From: Candidatus Micrarchaeia archaeon
Lineage (GTDB): Archaea; Micrarchaeota; Micrarchaeia; Micrarchaeales; CABMGC01
Reading direction: 5' to 3'
Length of the DNA stretch: 39,347 bases
Assembly: GCA_049976845.1 (NCBI GenBank)
Contig: JBMFHL010000003.1
Coordinates: forward strand, 1 to 39,347
Below the pieces are notes generated by a model. That model saw only the letters and a program-made list of their open reading frames with translations. It had not been told where the DNA came from and searched no databases. Of this stretch, positions 8,911 to 17,429 are shown piece by piece. The number at the start of each line of letters is the position of its first letter. Position 1 is the first letter of the stretch. Made by a program: the position numbers and the translations under genes.

Positions 8911-9307
8911 TTGCATTTACAGTGTTTGCTACTATGCTTATAGTATTGCTTGCATTTGCAACATGCGACAAGCCCGTTATATACTTGAAGAAAAGTGCTA
9001 TGCTGTTTACAAAACCGGATATGCCGCTTAGGCTCAGCGCCCCAGTAGTAAGAAAGCTGTAGCCTACCGAGGCGAGCAGGAGAAGCAGTATTAACACAAA
9101 TATAACCTTTATTATGTCTCTGATGAATACAAACCCAAGCCAAACCGCAAGCACTATTATTATTACTGCAACAATGAACGAATATGGCTCAGGCACCCTG
9201 TAGCTTTGGCTCGTGATGCTGCTGTTAAGCATTGTATTCTGGAGAAGGAAGAATGAAATTGCAGCAAAAGCAATATAGCTTAGCATTCGCATGATACTAG
9301 TTCGCAT
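8906..9307 (-). CDS. Hypothetical membrane protein (about 3-4 TM)
   Basis: 133-aa hydrophobic ORF filling the gap between the IS remnant and RNase P RNA. Confidence 0.65.
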   Translation of the reverse strand: MRTSIMRMLSYIAFAAISFFLLQNTMLNSSITSQSYRVPEPYSFIVAVIIIVLAVWLGFVFIRDIIKVIFVLILLLLLASVGYSFLTTGALSLSGISGFVNSIALFFKYITGLSHVANASNTISIVANTVNAT

Positions 9308-9339
9308 TAAAGCTTTAAATTCTTAATGCATATAAACTC

Positions 9340-9577
9340 TGTGGCGTGCGGGTGGCTAACCCTCATTTGCAGGGAGGAAGCTCTTCCCACGCAGAGCACG
9401 TGTGGCTCAAGGCCTTATTCGGAGCAGAAACGGGATTGCCGCACTGCATAAAGCGATGACAAGACGAGCGCAGTGGCGCAAGTGAAACGTTCCGATGCGC
9501 GTGCGATGAGCGTGCAAGGCGCAAAGCCGCTTAGTCGAATGCCACCTAAAACAGAAGGAAGGCTACGGCACGCCACA
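9340..9577 (+). ncRNA. rnpB: RNase P RNA, reduced archaeal form (about 238 nt)
   Basis: P1 TGTGGCGTGC/GCACGCCACA, P2 GGTGGC/GCCACC, CR-I GAGGAAGCTCTTCC, GCAGAAAC, GTGAAACG, GTGCAAG, CTTAGTCGAATGCC, CR-V AACAGAAGGAAGGCTA. Confidence 0.93.
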
Positions 9578-9640
9578 ATCATCAATAAATGGATTAAAAG
9601 CGAAAAATAAAAAAGAGATTCAAAATAATTTCTAAATATA

Positions 9641-10729
9641 TCATACTTTTAGTTTTCCACGATGTATACTTTGCGCAAGATCTATTGGTGCAACTGATGT
9701 ATCTATCTTGTTTTTAGTGCTATCTGCCATCTCCTCTCTAAGCTCCGCAAATGCTTCAGAGACTGATAATTTCATTGAAACTCCATCCCTCTCAAGCTCT
9801 ACTAGAAGCATGTTGCTGTCTAAGGGCAATATCCCTGTGCCTATAGTAACGCCGATTTTTTCTGCTGCTTTGCTCACCTCGTAGAATCCATCCTTCATAT
9901 CGGTAGGCGCATATGCAGTGAGCACCACTGGGACATGTTCGGCAATGTTTTTCAATGTGTCCCTCAAGCTTTCCGGAACTCCAAGGGAGCCATAACCAAC
10001 AAGCAGAATCCCTTCTGCTCCCTGAGCCTGCATTTTCAGTGATTCAGGTGTAATCCACGGTGTAAGCCCTATTGTAGCAATATTTGGCTCTTTCTCTGCC
10101 GGTTGATACCTTATCACAACCTCGCTTGTATCCTCTCTTACCTTATTGTTGGCGAGCGGTACAATCTCATTCCATCCAAATCCAGCGAAAGGGCCTGTAG
10201 GGCTTTCAAATGCACTCATTTTGCCAGGATGCACTTCATATGCAAATTTGCCCTCAATTATCTTCTTGTTGAATGCAACAAAAACCCCTCCTAAATCTTG
10301 TGCAGAGTTTATTGCGAATAGCAGTGCAGTTTCCATGTTAATGACAGCATCTGTTGAATGATCAGAAGGTATCTTTGATGAGCCTGTTATTACTATAGGT
10401 ATTTTTGGATTGAGGCGCAATGCCAGTAGTGAAGAGGTGAATGCCAATGTGTCTGTGCCATGCGTTATTATAATCGCATTATAGCCTTCTCTAATGCCTT
10501 TCACAACAGCATCAAAAATCTCTTTCTCGTGCTCTGGATCCATGTTGGTGCTGTCAAGAGCAAAAAGCTCTGTTACTGTTATCCCAACATTGCTTGCATT
10601 TATGTTCTTTCTAGCTTCTGCTATGACTCCTTCTATTACCTCTTTTTGCGGTTTTACCCCCTCCTCTGATTTAGCGCTACCAATCGTTCCACCAGTTGTC
10701 AGAACCAAGATTCTTAGTTCTCCATCCAT
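9641..10729 (-). CDS. Type I L-asparaginase/glutaminase-like protein (divergent, C-terminally extended)
   Basis: LTTGGTIGS, LDSTNM, ITHGTDTLAF, PIVITGS, AFES; no GatD N-terminal domain. Confidence 0.82.
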   Translation of the reverse strand: MDGELRILVLTTGGTIGSAKSEEGVKPQKEVIEGVIAEARKNINASNVGITVTELFALDSTNMDPEHEKEIFDAVVKGIREGYNAIIITHGTDTLAFTSSLLALRLNPKIPIVITGSSKIPSDHSTDAVINMETALLFAINSAQDLGGVFVAFNKKIIEGKFAYEVHPGKMSAFESPTGPFAGFGWNEIVPLANNKVREDTSEVVIRYQPAEKEPNIATIGLTPWITPESLKMQAQGAEGILLVGYGSLGVPESLRDTLKNIAEHVPVVLTAYAPTDMKDGFYEVSKAAEKIGVTIGTGILPLDSNMLLVELERDGVSMKLSVSEAFAELREEMADSTKNKIDTSVAPIDLAQSIHRGKLKV

Positions 10730-10732
10730 ATT

Positions 10733-10752
10733 AACACTGTATTAACAGTGTT
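10733..10752. promoter_or_regulatory. Perfect 8-bp inverted repeat just upstream of the asparaginase-like start (possible operator)
   Basis: AACACTGT-ATTA-ACAGTGTT, between an AT-rich TATA-like tract (10761-10772) and the start codon. Confidence 0.4.
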
Positions 10753-10825
10753 TTTTATCCTTTATATATTTATTCCTGGGGTTCGACTGCTACGCATCAG
10801 GAAAAGATAAAGCAATTCATCAATG

Positions 10826-12601
10826 TCAGCTCTCGAAGTTTATCTTGAAATCCTCCCTCAGCCTTTTTGGATTTATGATAGTTGGAGATCCATCAAGAAG
10901 CGATTCGTATTTCTTGTTTTTTGGGAAAAGGATAAACTCCCTTATATCAGTTTCACCATACAGCAGCGCAATCAGTCTGTCGAAGCCAAGCGCTATGCCC
11001 CCTTCAATCGGGGCTCCATATTCAAGGGCCTCTATGAGGAAGCCAAAGCTGTCGTTTATTGACTTGTCGCTCATGCCTATTGCATGCAGCGCCCTCTTCT
11101 GCAATTCTGCTTCGTTTATTCGAATAGAGCCTCCACCAATTTCTACTCCGTTCAATACAATATCATACTGTCTGCTCAGTACCTTTTCAGGCTCAGTTTC
11201 AATAAGGTGTGCTGTTTCAGGTGTGGGCGCAGTGAATGGGTTGTGTGACGGCTTCAATTTTCCGGTAATCTCATCTTTCTCAAACAACGGGAATTCGTCA
11301 ACCCAAAGGAACTCGTATTCCGAAGAATACTTCGCGACCTTGTCCCCTATTATCTTCCTAAGCTTCCCCATTACCTCTAGCAAAAGCTTTTCAGAGGCGT
11401 CTGAGCACATTACAATAATGTCGCCATCCTCGGCCTTTATCGCATCCTTCATCTTTTCGCAAGGCACTTTGCCTATTGAATCTGCTATACTCTCTGGCTC
11501 AGATTTTATTGTTGAATCCTTTACATAGAGCCACGTGAGCCCCCCTAAGCCAAGCGATTTTGCGGTATCTATAACCTTTAGCATATAGTTCTTGTCCAAT
11601 ATACCCTTCTTGCCGTCAAAATCAGCCTCGAACTTCATAGCCTTTACCCTGCCACCGCCTCCAATAACCCTCTTTATTATATTATAATCTGACAGTTTCA
11701 TTATCTCAGTAATGTCTACAATTCTGCTGTCGAACCTGAGATCCGGTTTGTCAGAACCGTAGTTCTCTATTGCATAACTGTATGCCATATGCCTGAAAGG
11801 GATTTTTAGCTTCTTCCCAAGACTCTCGAATACCTTCATCATGAGCTCTTCAATCAATCCTTGTATATATTTTTCATTCTTGAAAGAAACCTCAATATCA
11901 ACCTGCGTGAATTCCGGTTGCCTGTCTTCCCTTGGGTCTTCGTCTCTGTAGCACTTCGCCATCTGGAAATATTTGTCCAAGCCGGCAACCATGCAGAGCT
12001 GCTTGTAGATCTGAGGTGATTGTGGCAAAGAGTAAAACTTGCCTGGATTGAATCTCGAAGGGACAAGGAATGTCCTCGATCCCGTCTCATAAGTATCCTT
12101 TACAAGCGTAGGAGTCTCGAGCTCCAAAAACCCGTTATCCCAAAGGTATTTCCTGGTAACTTTCGCTATCTTGTCCCTGAATTCTACCCTTTTTATCATC
12201 TCCTTCCTTCTCAGATCCAAATACCTATACTTCATCCTAAGCTCCTCGCTAGGAAGAAAACTCTGCTTCTCGTCAATGAGCTCAAATGGAGGCAACTTTG
12301 AATTATTTATAATATCAAATTTCTCAACATATACCTCTACACTACCTGTAGGGTTTGTTCTGTCTACTGTGTCCTCTTCCCTTTTCTTGACAACTCCAAT
12401 GGCATGTATGACATATTCCTTGCCAAGTTTGTCCGCTTGCTCTTTAACAGTGCCTTCAAATACAAGCTGCGTCATGCCATACCTGTCTGCGAGGTCTATA
12501 AAGAGCTTTCCGCCATGGTCCCTTATATACCTGCACCAGCCGTTTAGCTCGACCTCTTTTTCAATATATTTTTCGCTAAGTTCTCCGCAAGTGATCTCCA
12601 T
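10826..12601 (-). CDS. aspS: Aspartate--tRNA(Asp/Asn) ligase, bacterial-type with GAD insertion, probably non-discriminating
   Basis: RDHGG, RYLDLRR, LPQSPQIYKQL, CYRDEDPREDRQPEFTQ, YGSDKPDLRF, HNPFTAP, GGGSIRI, GGIALGFDRL; about 590 aa; ATG at 12601 just after the gatB stop. Confidence 0.95.
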   Translation of the reverse strand: MEITCGELSEKYIEKEVELNGWCRYIRDHGGKLFIDLADRYGMTQLVFEGTVKEQADKLGKEYVIHAIGVVKKREEDTVDRTNPTGSVEVYVEKFDIINNSKLPPFELIDEKQSFLPSEELRMKYRYLDLRRKEMIKRVEFRDKIAKVTRKYLWDNGFLELETPTLVKDTYETGSRTFLVPSRFNPGKFYSLPQSPQIYKQLCMVAGLDKYFQMAKCYRDEDPREDRQPEFTQVDIEVSFKNEKYIQGLIEELMMKVFESLGKKLKIPFRHMAYSYAIENYGSDKPDLRFDSRIVDITEIMKLSDYNIIKRVIGGGGRVKAMKFEADFDGKKGILDKNYMLKVIDTAKSLGLGGLTWLYVKDSTIKSEPESIADSIGKVPCEKMKDAIKAEDGDIIVMCSDASEKLLLEVMGKLRKIIGDKVAKYSSEYEFLWVDEFPLFEKDEITGKLKPSHNPFTAPTPETAHLIETEPEKVLSRQYDIVLNGVEIGGGSIRINEAELQKRALHAIGMSDKSINDSFGFLIEALEYGAPIEGGIALGFDRLIALLYGETDIREFILFPKNKKYESLLDGSPTIINPKRLREDFKINFES

Positions 12602-12602
12602 G

Positions 12603-13874
12603 TTAACCCTCAATCTCACGCTTTACAATTTCAGCAACCTCCTTTGGGCTTATCCTATACTTCGCAGTTATCTTGCCTATTATAAAATTAATAGCTTTTG
12701 GGTTCTTTTTGTAATCTACCTTTATGCTTTCAGTGAGGAGCCCTCTCACCTCTTTGGCAATTTCCTCCCTATCAATTGTTCCCCTCTCTACGCTCTCGCC
12801 CTTCTCTATTCTTGAGAGCAGGTCTTCATCTATGTATTGACTGTTTTTCAGAGCTTCCAATAATCTACTGAAGGAATCTGGGGTCATGCCCTTCTTGTAT
12901 TTTTTTATTAACTCTATGCCATTCAATATAAGCTTCATATCGTGCTTGCCTTTTGCCGAATCAATAAGTCCGAGTGCCTGCCTGTCATACATTATAAGTT
13001 CCATCATCAATTTTTTATCTACACCATACTCTTTTGCGTACTGCTCTGCTATCTTGCTCGCATACACTGGTGCCCGCCTTTGAATGCTTGTTGTATCATA
13101 AGAAGTTAAATCCGGCTCAGATATAAAGCCGTATTCCTCATCTGTCTCCTTCTCCCTTGTTGCCACTGTCTCCTTCTTCGCCTCGACATACGACCTTGTT
13201 TCGACTGGTATTGCAATTCCCTTCTTAAGCATTTCGCCCTGCCTTTGTATCTCGTATCTTGCTGCATCTATCATGTTTCTTATGCCTGTTATATTCTTTA
13301 CCTCTACCCTTGATTCGGCAAGCGATATGTTGAGATCTGTTTTTATCTCGCCTTCTATGTCTATGCCAAGATAATAAAGTATGCTTGTCAATTCTGTTAC
13401 AAATGCGCGCAACTCTTCCTCACTCTTTATATCTGGCTCGGTAACAATCTCTACCAAGGGTATGCCAGAGCGGTTGAAATCAAGCAATGTGTAATCATCT
13501 CCTCTTATCACTTTGGCAGGATCCTCCTCCAGCTGTATGCGCCTTATGCGCACAGCATTCCCATCATAGCAATCGACAACGCCTTCGCTTCCTACAGGCT
13601 CGTAAATCTGCGTTATCTGATATGATTTCGGCAAATCAGGGTAAAAATAAACCTTCCTTACAAAAGAAATCCTATCGCTTATCTTGCAGCGCAATGCGTT
13701 TGCTATGCTTACTGCTATATTCAAAGCCTCCTTATTCAGCATTGGCTTAGAGCCTGGGAAGCCCATGCAGACAGGGCATACGGAACTGTTGGGCTCAGCC
13801 TCTGCAGTGCTGCAGCTGCAGAAAAGTTTTGTTTTTGTAGGCAAGCTCACATGCACCTCAAGCCCTATCTTCAT
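12603..13874 (-). CDS. gatB: Asp-tRNA(Asn)/Glu-tRNA(Gln) amidotransferase subunit B
   Basis: IGLEVH, KLFCSC, CPVCMGFPG, RKVYFYPDLPKSYQITQ, LEED, DFNRSGIPLVEIVTEPD, RVEVKN. Confidence 0.96.
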   Translation of the reverse strand: MKIGLEVHVSLPTKTKLFCSCSTAEAEPNSSVCPVCMGFPGSKPMLNKEALNIAVSIANALRCKISDRISFVRKVYFYPDLPKSYQITQIYEPVGSEGVVDCYDGNAVRIRRIQLEEDPAKVIRGDDYTLLDFNRSGIPLVEIVTEPDIKSEEELRAFVTELTSILYYLGIDIEGEIKTDLNISLAESRVEVKNITGIRNMIDAARYEIQRQGEMLKKGIAIPVETRSYVEAKKETVATREKETDEEYGFISEPDLTSYDTTSIQRRAPVYASKIAEQYAKEYGVDKKLMMELIMYDRQALGLIDSAKGKHDMKLILNGIELIKKYKKGMTPDSFSRLLEALKNSQYIDEDLLSRIEKGESVERGTIDREEIAKEVRGLLTESIKVDYKKNPKAINFIIGKITAKYRISPKEVAEIVKREIEG

Positions 13875-15220
13875 CAAATCTCACCAATGTTATATTTGAA
13901 TCTGTATTTGAAATTCTGCTCCCACTCATTGACAAAGTCTATTATTGCATAATCATTGAACTTGCTTGTTATCACCTGTGCGCCCAAAGGCAAGCCATTG
14001 TCATAAGCGTATGGGAACGAAATATGAGGGAAGCCGCAAAGATTTGGCGGTATTGTAAGCGCATCCATTTTATATACTTGCAAGGGCGTCATCTTCTTCG
14101 CATCTTCTATCTTTGGAGTAGGCACTGGCATCACAGGCAATATTATAAATCCCTCTTTAAGTATATCCTGCAATTTTCCAAAAAGCAGCTCTTTTACTGC
14201 AAGGGCCTTGTAGTAATACTTATCCTTGACGCTTGCGCTCCGCACGAAGGTGCCAAGCAGTATCCTCCTCTTCGCTTCCTCCCCAAATACAGACCTTGCT
14301 TCGGTAAAGAATTCGTTGTAGCCTTTTACAAAGTCCTCATTTTTGAAACCGTATTTGAAGCCAGTGTACCTCGCTAGGTTTGTAGACGCTTCAGCCATTG
14401 CAATTATATAATAGCTTGCTATACTCGAATCTATCCCGCTTATGCTCCTTTGCTCTATGCTATAATTCATGGAGCTCAATTTGTCTAGCAATTTCTCGAA
14501 ATTGTCCCTTATACCTGCATCAACCAGTTCTATGAGCTCCTTTATCACAATCAGCTTTTTGCTGTTTGCGGAAGTGAACCTTGCATTTGAAGTGGTAGCA
14601 TCTTTGTTATCAGGCCCTTTTATAGTGTCAAACACAGGCTTAATATCTTCCGCAGTCCTTGACATTATTCCTATCTTGTCAAGCGAGTTTGAGTAATCTA
14701 TAAGGCCGTATCTGGAAATAGCCCCGTAAGTCGGCGTGAAGCCAACAACACCGCAGAAAGCGGCAGGCGTTGCTATAGAGCCTCCTGTAGATTCAGCTAT
14801 CGCTACGTGGTATCTCAATATTGAAGTTGCAATTGCAGCCCCGCTGCTTGAGCCTCCTGCAGTATACCTCTCGTCAAATGGGTTTTTTGCAGGCTTCTGC
14901 GAATTTAGCCCGAAGCTTCCGAAGCCAAACTCGTCCATGTTGGTCTTGCCTATAAAGGAAAATTTTTTATCCAGCATACGTTCTACAACAGTTGCATTAT
15001 ACGGGGGCATGTATCCTTCAAGCACCCTAGATGAGGCTGTAGTCTCAACATCCTTGACGCACAGGTTATCCTTTGCGCTGAAAGGGAAGCCGCCGCTTAT
15101 ATTATGGTTAATGTTGTTGAATGCGTTGAGCTTTTTATTTATTTCATCGAGTGCCTCCACTAACTTTTGATAATAATCCTCGCCTTTTTCCAGGCCTGAA
15201 AATTCCTCAATGCTGTTCAT
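13874..15220 (-). CDS. gatA: Amidotransferase subunit A (amidase signature)
   Basis: KDN, GKTNMDEFGFGS, GGSSSG, ESTGGSI, YGAISRYGL, EASTNLARY, KRRILLGTF. Confidence 0.95.
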   Translation of the reverse strand: MNSIEEFSGLEKGEDYYQKLVEALDEINKKLNAFNNINHNISGGFPFSAKDNLCVKDVETTASSRVLEGYMPPYNATVVERMLDKKFSFIGKTNMDEFGFGSFGLNSQKPAKNPFDERYTAGGSSSGAAIATSILRYHVAIAESTGGSIATPAAFCGVVGFTPTYGAISRYGLIDYSNSLDKIGIMSRTAEDIKPVFDTIKGPDNKDATTSNARFTSANSKKLIVIKELIELVDAGIRDNFEKLLDKLSSMNYSIEQRSISGIDSSIASYYIIAMAEASTNLARYTGFKYGFKNEDFVKGYNEFFTEARSVFGEEAKRRILLGTFVRSASVKDKYYYKALAVKELLFGKLQDILKEGFIILPVMPVPTPKIEDAKKMTPLQVYKMDALTIPPNLCGFPHISFPYAYDNGLPLGAQVITSKFNDYAIIDFVNEWEQNFKYRFKYNIGEI

Positions 15221-15486
15221 ATTTTAGGACCAACAACATAGAATCTGTATGTTTTTGTGTTTTTGAGCAGGCCTTCTACGTTACCGAAAGCCTCTACATT
15301 ATCTTCTCTCAATACCTCTACATCGCTTTTAGAGTGATATACTTTTATGTCGTCGATTTTCAGCGAATCCAAAGTATCAAAGTACTTTATTATGTCAAGT
15401 ACATCCTTTTCTATCTCCTCCTTCTCGCTGGGCTCTAGCCTCAGCCTGCAGACTTTAAGCAATCTGTCAAAATCTATATACTCCAT
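15217..15486 (-). CDS. gatC: Amidotransferase subunit C
   Basis: 89 aa, CRLRLEPSEKEEIEKD, LRED, YVVGPKI; ATGA overlap with gatA. Confidence 0.9.
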   Translation of the reverse strand: MEYIDFDRLLKVCRLRLEPSEKEEIEKDVLDIIKYFDTLDSLKIDDIKVYHSKSDVEVLREDNVEAFGNVEGLLKNTKTYRFYVVGPKI

Positions 15487-15705
15487 GCAATTCCCACAGC
15501 CTTAATAGAATAACTTCGACGACAAAACAACAGCATAGCCTCTTTACATTCCTTAGGTCTTACACATTTATATAGATTTTGTGCGAGCTCTTACGGAATG
15601 TATAGCAAAACCTATGCATGTCCCTAGTATTATAAGAAAAATATAAGAAAAATAAATAAAGTTGTACGAAAAGCTTAAATAATTAACATCTCAAAGGAAA
15701 GACTT

Positions 15706-17130
15706 ATGGTTAGTGGCCGGGAAGACCTACTGGAAAAGATAAAGACTGATGGTGTAGAATTCATTGACCTTCAAGTCATAGATTTAAGGGGAAAGCTCAA
15801 CCACATAACTGTTCCTTCTTACAGCTTAACAGATGAGTCCTTTTCAGAAGGGCTTCCGAAGCTCGATGGCTCTTCGTTGCGTGGCTTCAAGGAAATTTAC
15901 GAATCTGACATGGTGCTGATGCCAGATCCCTCAACCTACGCAGTATTGCCCTGGGCCAAGGACCCTGCATACAAGACTGCAAGGCTAATGGCATTTGTGC
16001 TTGAAGACAACGGCAGAAGGAGCTTCTCAAGGGATCCTAGATATATAGCAGCTAATGCTGAATCATATTTGAAAGAACATGGCTACAGTACATCTTACTG
16101 GGGCCCTGAGCTGGAGTTCTTCATATTCGACAAGGCAAGATGGAATACAAACTTGAGGTATCGCGAGACAAGTTCTTATTACAAGATCTATTCATCCGAG
16201 ATAGAAAACCCTGTGAACTACTCCTTCAGGCCGAAGGAAGGCTATTATCCCACTGAGCCGCACGACAGCCTGTCAATGCTAAGGGGCGAGATGTCAATCA
16301 TTGCGAAGAAGAGCTTTGGCATAGAAGTAGAGGCGCACCACCACGAGGTGGCAAGCGGCGGCCAGTCAGAAATAGACATAAAATATAATACCTTGCTCAA
16401 GCAGGCGGACAATCTGGCAACGCTTAAATATGTTGTCAAGAACGTCGCGGCAAACAACGGCAAGGTTGTCACATTCATGCCCAAGCCCCTCTTTGGAGAC
16501 AATGGCTCTGGCTTGCATGTGCATACAAGCTTTTGGAATGGCAGCAAGAACGAGTTCTACGATGAAAACGACAGCTATGCAGAGCTGAGCCAAACCGGCA
16601 GATATTTTGTCGGCGGCTTGAAGGAGCACAGCAGAAGCCTTACGGCAATAGTCGCGCCTACAACAAACTCTTACAAGAGGCTCGTGCCAGGATTCGAGGC
16701 GCCTATATTCATAGCCTGGAGCAAAGGGAACAGGAGCGCCAACATAAGAATACCAGTATACTTCAAGTCAAAACCCACTGCGAAGAGGGTTGAGTTTAGA
16801 ACCCCTGACCCAAGCTGCAATCACTATTTTGCTTTTGCAGCAATGCTGCTTGCAGGATTAGACGGCATAAAGAAAAAGATAGATCCAGGGGATCCTGTAG
16901 ACGAGAACATATATAAACTCTCCCTTGAGAGGAGGAAGGAGCTAGGCGTTGAGGAATTGCCTCGCAACCTGTTCGAAGCGACAGAATCGCTGCGCTCCGA
17001 TAACGAATACCTCAAGCCTCTTTTCGAGAGCGAATTAATAGAGTGGTTCATAAAAAGTGAGTCAAGCGACCACATAGCTGTCGAAGGCAGGCCAACGCCG
17101 CACGAGTTCTACTTGTATTTCGACCTCTGA
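15706..17130 (+). CDS. glnA: Glutamine synthetase type I (beta-like insertion)
   Basis: DGSS, ESDMVLMPD, GPELEFF, HHHEVASGGQSEI, TFMPKPLFGDNGSGLHVH, NSYKRLVPGFEAP, NRSANIRIP, RVEFRTPDPSCN. Confidence 0.97.
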   Translation: MVSGREDLLEKIKTDGVEFIDLQVIDLRGKLNHITVPSYSLTDESFSEGLPKLDGSSLRGFKEIYESDMVLMPDPSTYAVLPWAKDPAYKTARLMAFVLEDNGRRSFSRDPRYIAANAESYLKEHGYSTSYWGPELEFFIFDKARWNTNLRYRETSSYYKIYSSEIENPVNYSFRPKEGYYPTEPHDSLSMLRGEMSIIAKKSFGIEVEAHHHEVASGGQSEIDIKYNTLLKQADNLATLKYVVKNVAANNGKVVTFMPKPLFGDNGSGLHVHTSFWNGSKNEFYDENDSYAELSQTGRYFVGGLKEHSRSLTAIVAPTTNSYKRLVPGFEAPIFIAWSKGNRSANIRIPVYFKSKPTAKRVEFRTPDPSCNHYFAFAAMLLAGLDGIKKKIDPGDPVDENIYKLSLERRKELGVEELPRNLFEATESLRSDNEYLKPLFESELIEWFIKSESSDHIAVEGRPTPHEFYLYFDL

Positions 17131-17198
17131 AAGCGATAAATGATCATCTCTCTTGCCATTGGCAAATATACCTATTCTATTCAGATTCCAAAAAGGTT

Positions 17199-17319
17199 TG
17201 GCGGGGGCGAGAGTCGAACACGCGACCTCTAGATTTCTTAGCAATCATCGCATAAATGCTCATCACTCATAAAGCTAAGCATATGAGTCTAGCGCTCTAA
17301 CCAGCTGAGCTACCCCGCC
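17199..17319 (-). tRNA. tRNA-Met(CAT), probably elongator, with a 47-nt canonical 37/38 intron (17235-17281)
   Basis: Reverse strand: GGCGGGG TA GCTC..GAGC G CTAGA CT CAT A [intron] A TCTAG AGGTC GCGTG TTCGACT CTCGC CCCCGCC A. G1-C72 and no GGG/CCC anticodon stem argue against initiator; Ile2 is not strictly excluded. Confidence 0.9.
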
Positions 17320-17429
17320 ATGCAATTGCATGCAGCAATAAACAACTAATAAACAACCAATAAACAATGTATAAATTTTCAAGCTAAAGCTATAAATATA
17401 TTCTATCGCTGTATCTGTTTGGTGGTTGC

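Noticed and set aside
9641-10729. Calling the asparaginase-like gene gatD
   Set aside because: No GatD N-terminal domain and no gatE in the window.
10773-10803. tRNA fragment (GGGGTTCGACT)
   Set aside because: No T-stem complement or acceptor strand.
10845-12815. Long plus-strand ORFs (227 aa, 214 aa) and the many similar short track ORFs
   Set aside because: Antisense shadows of well-supported genes, with no recognisable motifs.
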